In this document: in pieces, positions 37,709 through 47,000 of the stretch
How positions within the stretch are numbered: position 1 is the first letter of the stretch
How the letters are laid out: the number at the start of each line of letters is the position of its first letter
NCBI GenBank assembly: GCA_045591265.1
Contig: JAZNSQ010000014.1
Location: 1,310 to 65,309, forward strand
Length of the DNA: 64,000 bases
Direction: 5' to 3'
From: Clostridia bacterium
Lineage (GTDB): Bacteria > Bacillota > Clostridia > UMGS1883
Program-made: the position numbers and the translations under genes
Notes under the pieces: generated by a model
What the model was told of the DNA's origin: nothing
The model's input: only the letters and a program-made list of their open reading frames with translations
Databases searched by the model: none

Positions 37709-39735
37709 TCATTTGCACCCTTTTTTTCTATATATTTTAAAATCGTAAGGAAAATTATGTTTAAAACACAAAATACTGCCGAAACCAAAACGCCAAGCGC
37801 AAAGCCGTTTATAACGCGCATATAGATAGTTGCTGCATCAGTAAAGACGTGGCAGAACGTGTTTGTTACAGATGCAAAAAGAATTGATGAGCCAAGCGCA
37901 AATAAAAACTTAAATACTTCATAGTTTGTTTTATTTACGTAATACACAAAGAGAATAAGGCACGGCCAGCCGATTAAGAATTCCTTTGTTCTCGGGCGGG
38001 CTGCCATAAGGTTTGTAATGGTGTTTCTCATCGCTGATTCTGCACCTGATATCTCTTTAACATTTCCGCTTCGGATTATATATATAAGTCCGACTGCACC
38101 GAGAATAACCCCTAAAACCACCCAGTAAACCTTAATGTTTGTGTTTAAGAGGTCAATGGTGGCCTTTATGATATTTTTATTTTCCTTTTGTGATTTTATA
38201 ATAAAGTAAGCAACAACGCTGAAAAGTATCGGTACAATGAGTGAAAGCTTAATTCCCCTGAAAATGATGGAATTAAGGTAGTAGTCCGCGCCTGAAAGAA
38301 GTGCAGACTGCACAATTCCCGTAATTAAGAAAAGTAAAAGTGCTAAAAAGATTGCGCCCAATGTTGACGGGAGAAGATCCCACTTCTCGCCTTTTGATGT
38401 AATAAAGCGGAAGACGAGAGTTATTGTAAAGCACGGTGCGGTGATAGCATAAAGTGAGGGGTAAAGTAAAATTATCCCCTCGGGTGCTACAAATGTAAAT
38501 AAAGCGCCGAGCACTGCACCGATAATGGCAAGTATAGTGAGCCACTTAAATTCTCTGCCCATTAAAATTTCAATAACTACAAGCCACATAAGAATCATAA
38601 GAAGCATTGCGCATACTGATAAAAGTCGCCTGTTTACGCTGTAATTTCCAAGTGAGCTTTCACCCTCTTGGGTAGTAAAACCAAATTCACGGAGCTTTTC
38701 TATAGCATTTTTTGTTGCGAGAGTTGTTTTTTCGTCTTTCTCCAAAAATCCGTCATTTCCGTTTGAAAGCATAAGTATATTTACAAATCTTATGTTTCTG
38801 TCCACAACGGAGTTTATGATTTTCTGATATCTCTGCTCATAATCGGTTGCAGTATCTGCATTTTTAAGATAATCAAACGTGTCATAGCTCCTTAAAACCC
38901 TGCCGTTGGCACTTTTTATAAAGTCTGCATATCCAATAGGCTTTTGGTTTGAAAGCTGTGTTTCCTCCTCCGTTAGAATAAGAGTAAGGTTGTTGTCCTT
39001 AATAAGCTTTGAAAGTGCCTTATAGTTTTCCTTTGCAGTTTTCGTTGTATCAAGAGTAAATTTTGTATTCTTTTTAAGATTAAGATATTTTACGTTATAC
39101 TCTTTTATGATTTCGTCTAAAATTTTTACATAATCCGTATTTTTGTACGCGCCAACGTTCATTGAAAGCGCAATATCCATACCGCTTTCTTTCGTAAAAT
39201 CTAACTTCTGACGGTCAAAACCGACTAAAAGCTGCCAGTCGGTCACGTTTTCGTCATAAATTGCATACACGTCCGCACCTAAAGAAGTTTTTCCGAAAAA
39301 GTAATCTTCCTCGTTATATTTCGCGGGTATCCATTCAGAAAGAAAGCTTTTTGCACTTTCATCTGTTGTTATAAAAACATAGCTATCCTCATGAATTTTG
39401 TCATTTTTTAAAAGATTTTCGATTTCGGTGCTTTCCGCGTCAAACTTATGGCAGATATCCTTGTATTTCGCTGCAGTTATAAATCCGCTTTCTGAAAGAG
39501 AGTTTGCTGCATCCTCACTTACAAGCACAGTATTTACGCCTGCCTTTTTATTTTCGGCAAAGGACCTCTTAAGTTCCTTTTCGCTGAGGAATTTACTGTA
39601 GCTGTTAAAGTTGAGCGCCACTACAACGGTTTTATTATTATGCTCTGTTTTTAATCTTTTTCCAAAAGAAGGAAGCATAAATAAAACTAAAATGATTGAA
39701 ATTACTGCTTTTATTATAATACTTTTCTTTTTCAT
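37705..39735 (-). CDS. Large polytopic membrane protein: N-terminal anchor, ~380-aa extracytoplasmic domain, and a C-terminal bundle of about 8-10 TM helices; function unknown.
   Basis: Hydrophobicity pattern only. The start was set at the ATG at 39735, which overlaps the murJ stop as ATGA. Confidence 0.5.
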   Translation of the reverse strand: MKKKSIIIKAVISIILVLFMLPSFGKRLKTEHNNKTVVVALNFNSYSKFLSEKELKRSFAENKKAGVNTVLVSEDAANSLSESGFITAAKYKDICHKFDAESTEIENLLKNDKIHEDSYVFITTDESAKSFLSEWIPAKYNEEDYFFGKTSLGADVYAIYDENVTDWQLLVGFDRQKLDFTKESGMDIALSMNVGAYKNTDYVKILDEIIKEYNVKYLNLKKNTKFTLDTTKTAKENYKALSKLIKDNNLTLILTEEETQLSNQKPIGYADFIKSANGRVLRSYDTFDYLKNADTATDYEQRYQKIINSVVDRNIRFVNILMLSNGNDGFLEKDEKTTLATKNAIEKLREFGFTTQEGESSLGNYSVNRRLLSVCAMLLMILMWLVVIEILMGREFKWLTILAIIGAVLGALFTFVAPEGIILLYPSLYAITAPCFTITLVFRFITSKGEKWDLLPSTLGAIFLALLLFLITGIVQSALLSGADYYLNSIIFRGIKLSLIVPILFSVVAYFIIKSQKENKNIIKATIDLLNTNIKVYWVVLGVILGAVGLIYIIRSGNVKEISGAESAMRNTITNLMAARPRTKEFLIGWPCLILFVYYVNKTNYEVFKFLFALGSSILFASVTNTFCHVFTDAATIYMRVINGFALGVLVSAVFCVLNIIFLTILKYIEKKGANE

Positions 39736-41231
39736 AAAACTTCCCCCTCTGTTTTTCTTCCGCTTATTATAGTCTTTATTATTTGGTTTTTCCACAATAT
39801 GAAAATATAAGAAACTGCACAGAGTAAAAGCGGAATAATAAAGCCTATTTTCCCTTCAAAAAAGCTCGGCATAAATTCCTTTGTCATTATAAATACGATA
39901 AATGCTATAAGTCCTGCAGTAAATATTTTAATTATATTTCTTATAAGCTCTTTATCAAAATAATTTCCCGTAACCTTTATTAGCGCAAAAGCAATATTTA
40001 CGGCGTAAAGCGTAAATAAAACGGTTGTGCTGCCTGCCACTGCCCATGCGCCGAAAGGAAGAAGGATTTTATTTAAAACGGGCTTAAGTAAAATCACCGC
40101 AATTGTTCCTATAACGGTGTAGGAATATTTTGAGTCAAGATATAAAATCTTGTTAAACAAATCCTGGCATAAATATCCGAGCGCGCCAAGCGTATAAATT
40201 GCAAAAAGCATCGCCGTTTGGCTAGTTAAATCACTTGTAAACTCCCCACGCTCATACAAAATTGCTATTATGTTTTTGCCAAAGCAACAAACTGTTAAAA
40301 TAAATGCTGTAAAAATCGCGGTCATTATAGTAATTATATATTTAAGCAGGCTTCTTACATATTTTATATTTCCCTCTTCATAGTTTTTGCTTATTGAGGG
40401 GAAAACAACATTACTCATCGCAACAACAAACACGCTTGCAATAGTTATAAATAGGTTTGACGCATAATTTATGGTGGATGCTGCGCCCGCATGCCCGCTT
40501 ACAAACGCTTTATCAATCATAAAGCACGCCTGAAACATCATATTTGAAATAAAGATATAAAGTAATTCGCCATTTTTTGTTGTGGATTTTTTTATGCCAC
40601 GCTTAAAATTAAAGAGCTTGTAGCCCTTTTTATAAAAGGCGGGAAGCTGAACTATTATATGCAAAAGCCAGCCAATCGTTGTAACTATTCCCACTGTAAA
40701 TATGCTTACGTTCGGGAATAAAAGCGAGGCTATAATAACTACATTAAACGGAAGGCTCATAATAGAGGTTATGAAAAATACCCCGTTATTCTGAAGCACG
40801 CCTGAAATAATATAGGCAATTATAGTAAAAAGAAATGACGGAAGCATTATATACATAAGATTTGTCGCTTCCAAAAGTTCTTTCGGTTTAAGCCCCGGAA
40901 GAAGAAGGCCTGCAGCCTCTTTTGCAAAAAGATACAAAAGGGCAGTTACAATTAAAACCACACCGCTTGTCTTTGTTATAAATGAGGATACATACTCTTT
41001 CTTTTTCTGCTCGGTATTACACTCTTCCTTATTAAGCTGTTTTATAACAAGAGTTGAGAGTGCAACGCCAATCCCGGTAAATACTAAATTTACAAGTCCG
41101 AATATTTGAAAATACATATCGGTCTGGACTGTTGCACCAAAGGTTGATGCAAATATTATGTCACGGAAAAAGCCAAGCCCTTTGGCAAGTACTATCCCGA
41201 AAACAACCATTATATATGCCATGCCGTTCAT
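39732..41231 (-). CDS. murJ: Lipid II flippase MurJ (MviN, MOP superfamily).
   Basis: The N-terminus 'GLGFFRDIIFASTFGAT' is the MurJ signature. The protein is 499 aa with ~14 TM helices and has an upstream promoter, TTGACT-17-TATATT. Confidence 0.8.
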   Translation of the reverse strand: MNGMAYIMVVFGIVLAKGLGFFRDIIFASTFGATVQTDMYFQIFGLVNLVFTGIGVALSTLVIKQLNKEECNTEQKKKEYVSSFITKTSGVVLIVTALLYLFAKEAAGLLLPGLKPKELLEATNLMYIMLPSFLFTIIAYIISGVLQNNGVFFITSIMSLPFNVVIIASLLFPNVSIFTVGIVTTIGWLLHIIVQLPAFYKKGYKLFNFKRGIKKSTTKNGELLYIFISNMMFQACFMIDKAFVSGHAGAASTINYASNLFITIASVFVVAMSNVVFPSISKNYEEGNIKYVRSLLKYIITIMTAIFTAFILTVCCFGKNIIAILYERGEFTSDLTSQTAMLFAIYTLGALGYLCQDLFNKILYLDSKYSYTVIGTIAVILLKPVLNKILLPFGAWAVAGSTTVLFTLYAVNIAFALIKVTGNYFDKELIRNIIKIFTAGLIAFIVFIMTKEFMPSFFEGKIGFIIPLLLCAVSYIFILWKNQIIKTIISGRKTEGEVL

Positions 41232-41317
41232 AACAGCACTCCTTTAAAATTTATATGAGAGCCTACTACTCCTAACTATATAATAATATACTATTTTAGG
41301 GTATATAGTCAAGTAAA

Positions 41318-41352
41318 AAATACTACCATAGCTTATTTGCTATGGTAGTATT
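41318..41352 (-). terminator. Intrinsic terminator of uvrC, overlapping its last codons.
   Basis: On the minus strand the hairpin 'aatactaccatagc-aaataa-gctatggtagtatt' is followed by TTTTT. Confidence 0.7.
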
Positions 41353-43180
41353 CATATATCTTCGTTGCGTCCTTTTGACTTATACCTTTTACCTTGGAAA
41401 GTTCGTCTATCGGGGCAGTTTTTATTTTATTTATATTTTTAAAATGAGAAAGAAGATTTATCCTCTTTGCCTTTCCTATGCCATTTATTTTTTCAAGCTC
41501 ACTTTCAAGGCTTCTTTTGTTGTGAAGCCTTCTGTGATATTCTATTGCGAAGCGGTGCACCTCGTCTTGAATTTCGGTTATAAGATGAAAGACGGATGAC
41601 GTGGGGCGAAGGTAAACCTCCCCCTCATTTGACACAAGACCTCTTGTGCGGTGGCGGTCATCCTTCACCATTCCAAAGACGGGAATGAAAACGCCTATGT
41701 CTTGCATTATTTTTTTTACGGCGTTTAACTGATTTATTCCGCCATCTAAAAGTATTAGGTCGGGGAGTTCTTTAAAATGTCCGTCACCAACCCTTTTTTC
41801 GTGGGTAAATCTTCTTTTTATAACCTCACTCATTGAGGCGGTATCGTCCGCTTTATCTACACCCTTAAGTTCAAATCTTCTGTATTCTTTCTTCGCACTT
41901 TTACCGTTCTTAAAAACAACCATCGAGCCAACGGTATCTGCGCCCGAAATGTGCGATATATCATAGCTTTCAATCCTGTCGGGAATAACCTCAAGGGAAA
42001 GAAGCTGTGAAAGCTCTATAACTGACTTTTTAGTTTCCCTTTCCTTTACCTCCTCTGTTTTATAGTTTTCAATATTTTTAAGCGCATTGGCGCGCGCCAT
42101 ATCAACTAATTTTCTGCCAAGGCCGCGAACGGGCTTTCTTAAATCCACTTTTCTTTGGCTTTTTTGAGAAAGGTATTCCTTTAATACTTCTATGTCCTCA
42201 AGTTCACTTGAAACCAAAACAGTCGGGGGAATAAAAGCATCACGCGCGTAAAAGGTTGATAAAAATTCACTTAAAAGCTTGCTTTCGTCTTCATATATAC
42301 TGCCTGAAAGATTAAAGCTATCCTGCCCGATAAGTCTTCCTGCGCGGATATAAAATACCTCCAGAGAAGAAAGTGTGCCCTCTATCGCCACCGAGAAAAT
42401 ATCCATATCGGCATTGGAGTCTGAAATAACCTTTTGCCTTTCGCTGAGTCTTTTAACGCTTAAGAGCCTGTCACGAAGTATTGCGGCACGTTCAAACTCG
42501 CATTTTTCTGCCGCTTCGTTCATTTCTTTTTCAAGCAGGCTTATTACCTCTTTATCCTTGCCCTCTAAAAAATGCACTATCTCTTTATAAAGCTTTTTAT
42601 ATTCAGTTTTGCTTACATCTCCCTTACATACTGCCATACATTTCCCCATTGAATAGTAAAGGCACGGGCGTGCTTTTCCTATATCCTTTGGGAAAGTCTT
42701 GTTACAGTGAGGAAGCATAAATATATTTTTTATAAGGTCTATTGTTTCTTTAATTGAATATCCGCTTGGGTACGGGCCAAAGTACTTTGCCCCGTCATTT
42801 TCAATCCTTCTTACATAAAGCATTTTGGGATACTCATCATTAATTGTTATTTTAATATAAGGATAGTGCTTGTCATCCTTTAAAAGAATGTTGTATTTAG
42901 GTTTATTCTCCTTTATGAGATTAAGCTCAAGCACCAAGGCTTCCATTTCACTGTCACAAATTATATAGTCAAAATCAGCTATTTTAGATACGAGCGCAAT
43001 CGTTTTTGCACTGTGATTTTTAGAGGACTGAAAATACTGCCTTACGCGGTTTTTAAGCACCTTTGCCTTTCCGACATAGATGATACTGCCCGCGCTATCC
43101 TTCATAATATATACGCCGGGTGATTGGGGAAGCTTATCTAATTTTTCTTTTAAAATATCATTCATAATATCACCAATCAA
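41333..43180 (-). CDS. uvrC: Excinuclease ABC subunit C.
   Basis: The N-terminal GIY-YIG domain ('GVYIMKD...IIYVGKAK'), a UvrBC domain, an RNase H-like endonuclease domain and C-terminal (HhH)2 motifs are all present. The protein is 615 aa. Confidence 0.9.
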   Translation of the reverse strand: MIGDIMNDILKEKLDKLPQSPGVYIMKDSAGSIIYVGKAKVLKNRVRQYFQSSKNHSAKTIALVSKIADFDYIICDSEMEALVLELNLIKENKPKYNILLKDDKHYPYIKITINDEYPKMLYVRRIENDGAKYFGPYPSGYSIKETIDLIKNIFMLPHCNKTFPKDIGKARPCLYYSMGKCMAVCKGDVSKTEYKKLYKEIVHFLEGKDKEVISLLEKEMNEAAEKCEFERAAILRDRLLSVKRLSERQKVISDSNADMDIFSVAIEGTLSSLEVFYIRAGRLIGQDSFNLSGSIYEDESKLLSEFLSTFYARDAFIPPTVLVSSELEDIEVLKEYLSQKSQRKVDLRKPVRGLGRKLVDMARANALKNIENYKTEEVKERETKKSVIELSQLLSLEVIPDRIESYDISHISGADTVGSMVVFKNGKSAKKEYRRFELKGVDKADDTASMSEVIKRRFTHEKRVGDGHFKELPDLILLDGGINQLNAVKKIMQDIGVFIPVFGMVKDDRHRTRGLVSNEGEVYLRPTSSVFHLITEIQDEVHRFAIEYHRRLHNKRSLESELEKINGIGKAKRINLLSHFKNINKIKTAPIDELSKVKGISQKDATKIYEYYHSK

Positions 43181-43216
43181 TAAAGGCTGTAAACATTCTT
43201 TTACAGCCTCTGATTT

Positions 43217-44575
43217 TTATATTGCAAGCATAAGCCTTGCTATTTCAAAGTATATGATAAGTGAAATCGCGTCAACAATCGTGGTAATAAAGGGACTTGC
43301 CATAACGGCGGGGTCAAGCTTCATTTTATCTGCAATAAGGGGAAGAATTGAACCTACCACCTTTGCAACAAGCACCACTAAAATAAGTGTAACGCTTACA
43401 ACCATACTGACGCTGGCACTGATTCCTTCAAGATACTGGAGCTTAAAGAAGTTTGCAATTGCCAAAACTATTCCGCAAAGGAGAGCAACCCTTATTTCCT
43501 TCCATACTACCTTTATTAAATCCTTAAACTCTATCTCGTTTAGCGAAAGTCCGCGGATTATTGTAACTGACGACTGGCTTCCGCAGTTACCGCCTGTACC
43601 CATAAGCATAGGGATGCACGCAGTAAGTGCAATCTGTGCCTGAAGTGCATTTTCAAAGCGCCTGATTATCATACTTGTAAATGTTGCCGATATCATAAGG
43701 ATTAAAAGCCAGGGAATTCGGCTTTTAAAGGTTTCAAATGCAGGTGTTTTGAGGTATGGCTTATCTGAAGGCGTGATAGCTGCCATCTTTTCAATATCCT
43801 CTGTAGTTTCTTCCTCCAAAACGTCCATAACGTCATCGACTGTAACAATGCCGACAAGCCTGTTTTCTTCATCCACTACAGGCATGGCAGAAAGGTCATA
43901 CTTTGCAAAGTCACGCGCAACAGTTTCACGGTCCTCTGTTGTAAGCGCGCTTATCACATCTTCATTCATAATGTCCTGCATAGTGGCATTTTCTTCTGAG
44001 AGCAAAAGCTCACGAATAGATACCGTTCCCAGAAGCTTCCCATGGGCGGCTGTAATATAGCAGGTGTTAATTGTTTCCTTATTGACCCCTGTTCTTCTTA
44101 TTCTTTTTATAGCATCTTCTACATCCATTGTGGCGTGCAGACTTACAAACTCCGTTGTCATAATGCTTCCCGCACTGTCCTCGGGATATTTTAAAATTTC
44201 GTTTATTTTTTTTCGCATTTCAGGATTTGCCTGACGTAAAATCCTTTTTACGACGTTTGCCGGCATTTCTCCTACAAGGTCTGCCGCATCATCCATATAA
44301 AGCTCATCAATGACCTCTTTAAGCTCACTGTCACTAAAGCTCTGTATCAAAAGCGCCTGCTGATCCTCATACATTTCGACAAAGGTTTCTGCCGCAAGCT
44401 CCTTCGGAAGAAGCCTGAATATTTTAAGCACAGTCTCGGGCGGAAGCTCATCAAGGATTGCTGCAATATCCGCCTCGTGCATAGTTTCCATTATATCCTT
44501 TACCGCACTGTATTTTTTTTCTTTTATTAAAGTTTCAAGTGTTTCTTCTATTGTTTTTGTTGTTTTTTCTTCCAT
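43217..44575 (-). CDS. mgtE: Magnesium transporter MgtE.
   Basis: MgtE_N, tandem CBS domains and a C-terminal TM domain are present. The start is at 'MEEKTT'; the ORF track extends to 44659. Confidence 0.85.
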   Translation of the reverse strand: MEEKTTKTIEETLETLIKEKKYSAVKDIMETMHEADIAAILDELPPETVLKIFRLLPKELAAETFVEMYEDQQALLIQSFSDSELKEVIDELYMDDAADLVGEMPANVVKRILRQANPEMRKKINEILKYPEDSAGSIMTTEFVSLHATMDVEDAIKRIRRTGVNKETINTCYITAAHGKLLGTVSIRELLLSEENATMQDIMNEDVISALTTEDRETVARDFAKYDLSAMPVVDEENRLVGIVTVDDVMDVLEEETTEDIEKMAAITPSDKPYLKTPAFETFKSRIPWLLILMISATFTSMIIRRFENALQAQIALTACIPMLMGTGGNCGSQSSVTIIRGLSLNEIEFKDLIKVVWKEIRVALLCGIVLAIANFFKLQYLEGISASVSMVVSVTLILVVLVAKVVGSILPLIADKMKLDPAVMASPFITTIVDAISLIIYFEIARLMLAI

Positions 44576-44624
44576 AACACAAGCCTCCCATTTCTTATTT
44601 AAAGGCATGTATCGAAGCGCAAAG

Positions 44625-44800
44625 CAAGCAAAATAAAAACCGATAGTGCCCGTGGGCATATCGGCTTTGTATGCTTATAAGAACTTTCGAAAATGAACGC
44701 AAAAGCCCTTTTTTATGCATTGTCGACCGATACTTTCACCGCTATTACTATGTGCGTCCATTTTCTCACCTCTTTTTTTATATCGTACTATATTATTTTA
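44625..44800 (-). promoter_or_regulatory. Structured mgtE leader with an intrinsic terminator; candidate Mg2+-responsive (M-box-like) riboswitch.
   Basis: The ~215-nt 5' UTR lies downstream of a TTGACA-16-TATAAA promoter. It contains 'AGAGGUGAG' and 'GACGC' elements, then the hairpin ccgatatgcccacgggcactatcgg followed by UUUUU (plus 44625-44657), ~50 nt before the ATG. Confidence 0.4.
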
Positions 44801-44827
44801 TAACTAAACCAATTACTTTGTCAATAA

Positions 44828-45052
44828 TTAATTGTCCTTACCAAATAACATTTTCATTTTTTCCTGAATTCGTTTTTTACGCTCGTTCGTTTCTTTTTCA
44901 TTTATGGTGTATTTTTCGCCGTCAAAAAGCACTGCGTCCCCCTCTTTTGCGTTTTTTATAAGGGAAAGGGGAACATCTATTGTGCCACCTGCTTCCCTTT
45001 CAAGCACGGCAAAATCCCCTTCTATTCTGTCTATTATAAATTTTTCCAACAT
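44828..45052 (-). CDS. DUF3006-family small protein.
   Basis: The sequence 'MLEKFIIDRIEGDFAVLERE...DAVLFDGEKYTI' is ~74 aa, with the RBS AGTGAGGCG. Confidence 0.6.
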   Translation of the reverse strand: MLEKFIIDRIEGDFAVLEREAGGTIDVPLSLIKNAKEGDAVLFDGEKYTINEKETNERKKRIQEKMKMLFGKDN

Positions 45053-45059
45053 AAACGCC

Positions 45060-46076
45060 TCACTTACTCTGATTGTGCGCCTCAAGTGTTTCATTAAAAA
45101 TGTGACTTCCGTCATTTTTTGTTGTGTCTGTATGATAGAAAAGGTATGAATGTTTCTGTGGCTTTATTGCGGCAATTATAGACTCTTTCCCGGGGTTACA
45201 TATAGCTCCGGGGGGAAGCCCCTCGCTAAAGTAAGTATTATACGGCGATTTTACCTTTAAGTCCTTATAGTACACCCTATTTACATCATACATTCCGTCA
45301 GATATTAAATATACCACCGTGGCATCAATCTGAAGAAGCATATTCTTTTTAAGTCTGTTTTGAAGAACGCCTGATATTTTTGTGCGCTCACTATCAAGCT
45401 TTGACTCACGCTCTATTAAAGAGGCAAGGGTGATTATGGTATTCATATCCCCCTTTATTTTGTACTCTTTTTTGATTTTTTCATATTGCTTTTCAAATTC
45501 AGAGAGCAAAATATTTATTACATCCCTTGCGGAAGCATCACTACTTATCATATAAGTATTCGGGAATAAATAGCCCTGAAGCTTATATTTGACATCTTTA
45601 TTTTTGGGAATATCCTTTATAAAATCAAAGTCAAAGTCGCCCTCGTTAAGCTCTTTTAAAAATTCTTCTTTCGTTGAAATTCCAAGACTTTCAAGGCGAG
45701 CACCTATCATTTCGGCACTAAATCCTTCGGGGATGGTGAGCTTTACACTTTTCGTCATTTCTGTAGGCTTTTTAAGTATATCAATAATCTTTCCGTAGCC
45801 AAGATGCTTTTTCATTTTAAATGTGCCATAATTTAAGTTGTTTTTATCGGGAGAAGTTTTAAGTTTTAACCTAAATGCAATCTCGCTTTTAATAACACCG
45901 TTTTCACGAAGCACCTTTGAAATAGTTTTCCCCGAAGCACCTTTGGGGATTGTTACGCTTACCTCTTCTTTCCCGTCAGCTATATTTGTGTATTCCTCTA
46001 TTATTGCGACTGCGTTAAAAAGAAGTATCGCACAAAAGATGCCTATTATTAATATGAGTAGTTTTTTTATATTCAT
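45060..46076 (-). CDS. mltG: Endolytic murein transglycosylase MltG (YceG-like).
   Basis: An N-terminal TM helix is followed by a YceG domain; the protein is 338 aa. Confidence 0.8.
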   Translation of the reverse strand: MNIKKLLILIIGIFCAILLFNAVAIIEEYTNIADGKEEVSVTIPKGASGKTISKVLRENGVIKSEIAFRLKLKTSPDKNNLNYGTFKMKKHLGYGKIIDILKKPTEMTKSVKLTIPEGFSAEMIGARLESLGISTKEEFLKELNEGDFDFDFIKDIPKNKDVKYKLQGYLFPNTYMISSDASARDVINILLSEFEKQYEKIKKEYKIKGDMNTIITLASLIERESKLDSERTKISGVLQNRLKKNMLLQIDATVVYLISDGMYDVNRVYYKDLKVKSPYNTYFSEGLPPGAICNPGKESIIAAIKPQKHSYLFYHTDTTKNDGSHIFNETLEAHNQSK

Positions 46077-46146
46077 ACATTTTTCTCCAAATTCAGTGTA
46101 AAAAGATTATATCCCATTTTTTAGAAAAAGTCAATAAAAGCAATAC

Positions 46147-46890
46147 TCAAGCAAGTACTGCTTGAGTATTATAAATAACTTCATTTGCAAGATAGGTAAA
46201 ATCGGAAAGATTTTCTATCTGCGCTAAAATGTCTTCCTTCTGATTCTGGGTTAAAACTCCCAATTCCATTGCTTTTTTAAGGTCCAAATCCTCTTTTGAA
46301 AACATTATTGCGCCAAGGGGACTTCCGTGCCTTTTGGAGTAGCGCTCTAAAAGTTTTTCTACCGGCTCTGCAATAACGCTTCCCTCACGATGCCCGCCAA
46401 AGCTGAAAGACTCTGAATAATAGGCGATTCCATTCTTTAATTCATAGATTATAAATGCGTGACCTGCACCGGGGTATCTGGCGGAATAGTGCGCCTGAAT
46501 AGGAAGTGACACAACTATATTTTTAAGGTCATTTCCGTACTTTTCGGTAAGACGCGCTAAGCAGTCTGCCCCGCCCTCACTATATGCAAAGTAGCCAGTA
46601 GACGTCTTATCTATATCCTTTAAAAGTCCGTACCACTTATTTCCGTTTCCGTGAAGAGAGGTATTCCTGTCCAAAATACCCATAGCAATAAGCTGGCATT
46701 TTACGTATGTTCCGCAATAACCGCTGAAGCTTCTTCTTGAAAAGTTTGACCTGGCACCCGCGTAAATTTGAGCGCCATAATCATTAAGATAGTCAGGAAC
46801 AAAAATATCCTCTGCAAACACTGTATTCAAATTTCCAAAAATCACTATTATTAATACTAATAGGCTTAAAACTTTTTTTATATTTAACAT
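46147..46890 (-). CDS. Secreted papain-fold protein, Peptidase_C39-like/BtrH-like.
   Basis: A signal peptide is followed by the Cys motif 'SGYCGTYVKCQLIAMGIL' and a downstream 'GAGHAFIIYE' His motif. Confidence 0.5.
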   Translation of the reverse strand: MLNIKKVLSLLVLIIVIFGNLNTVFAEDIFVPDYLNDYGAQIYAGARSNFSRRSFSGYCGTYVKCQLIAMGILDRNTSLHGNGNKWYGLLKDIDKTSTGYFAYSEGGADCLARLTEKYGNDLKNIVVSLPIQAHYSARYPGAGHAFIIYELKNGIAYYSESFSFGGHREGSVIAEPVEKLLERYSKRHGSPLGAIMFSKEDLDLKKAMELGVLTQNQKEDILAQIENLSDFTYLANEVIYNTQAVLA

Positions 46891-47000
46891 TAAAATTCTC
46901 CCTATTGATAGTCATTTAACCACCAACAGGGAGAATTATAGCATGTTTTTGTAACAAAATCAAGTGTTTTTTAAATATTTTTTAACAATTATGTAATAAT

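Noticed and set aside
46891-46940. A hairpin (attctccctattg / caacagggagaat) that appeared to sequester the RBS of the C39-like gene.
   Set aside because: The best promoter candidate (-10 at 46935-46940) overlaps the 3' arm, so most of that arm would not be in the transcript. It cannot be called a regulatory structure without TSS data.
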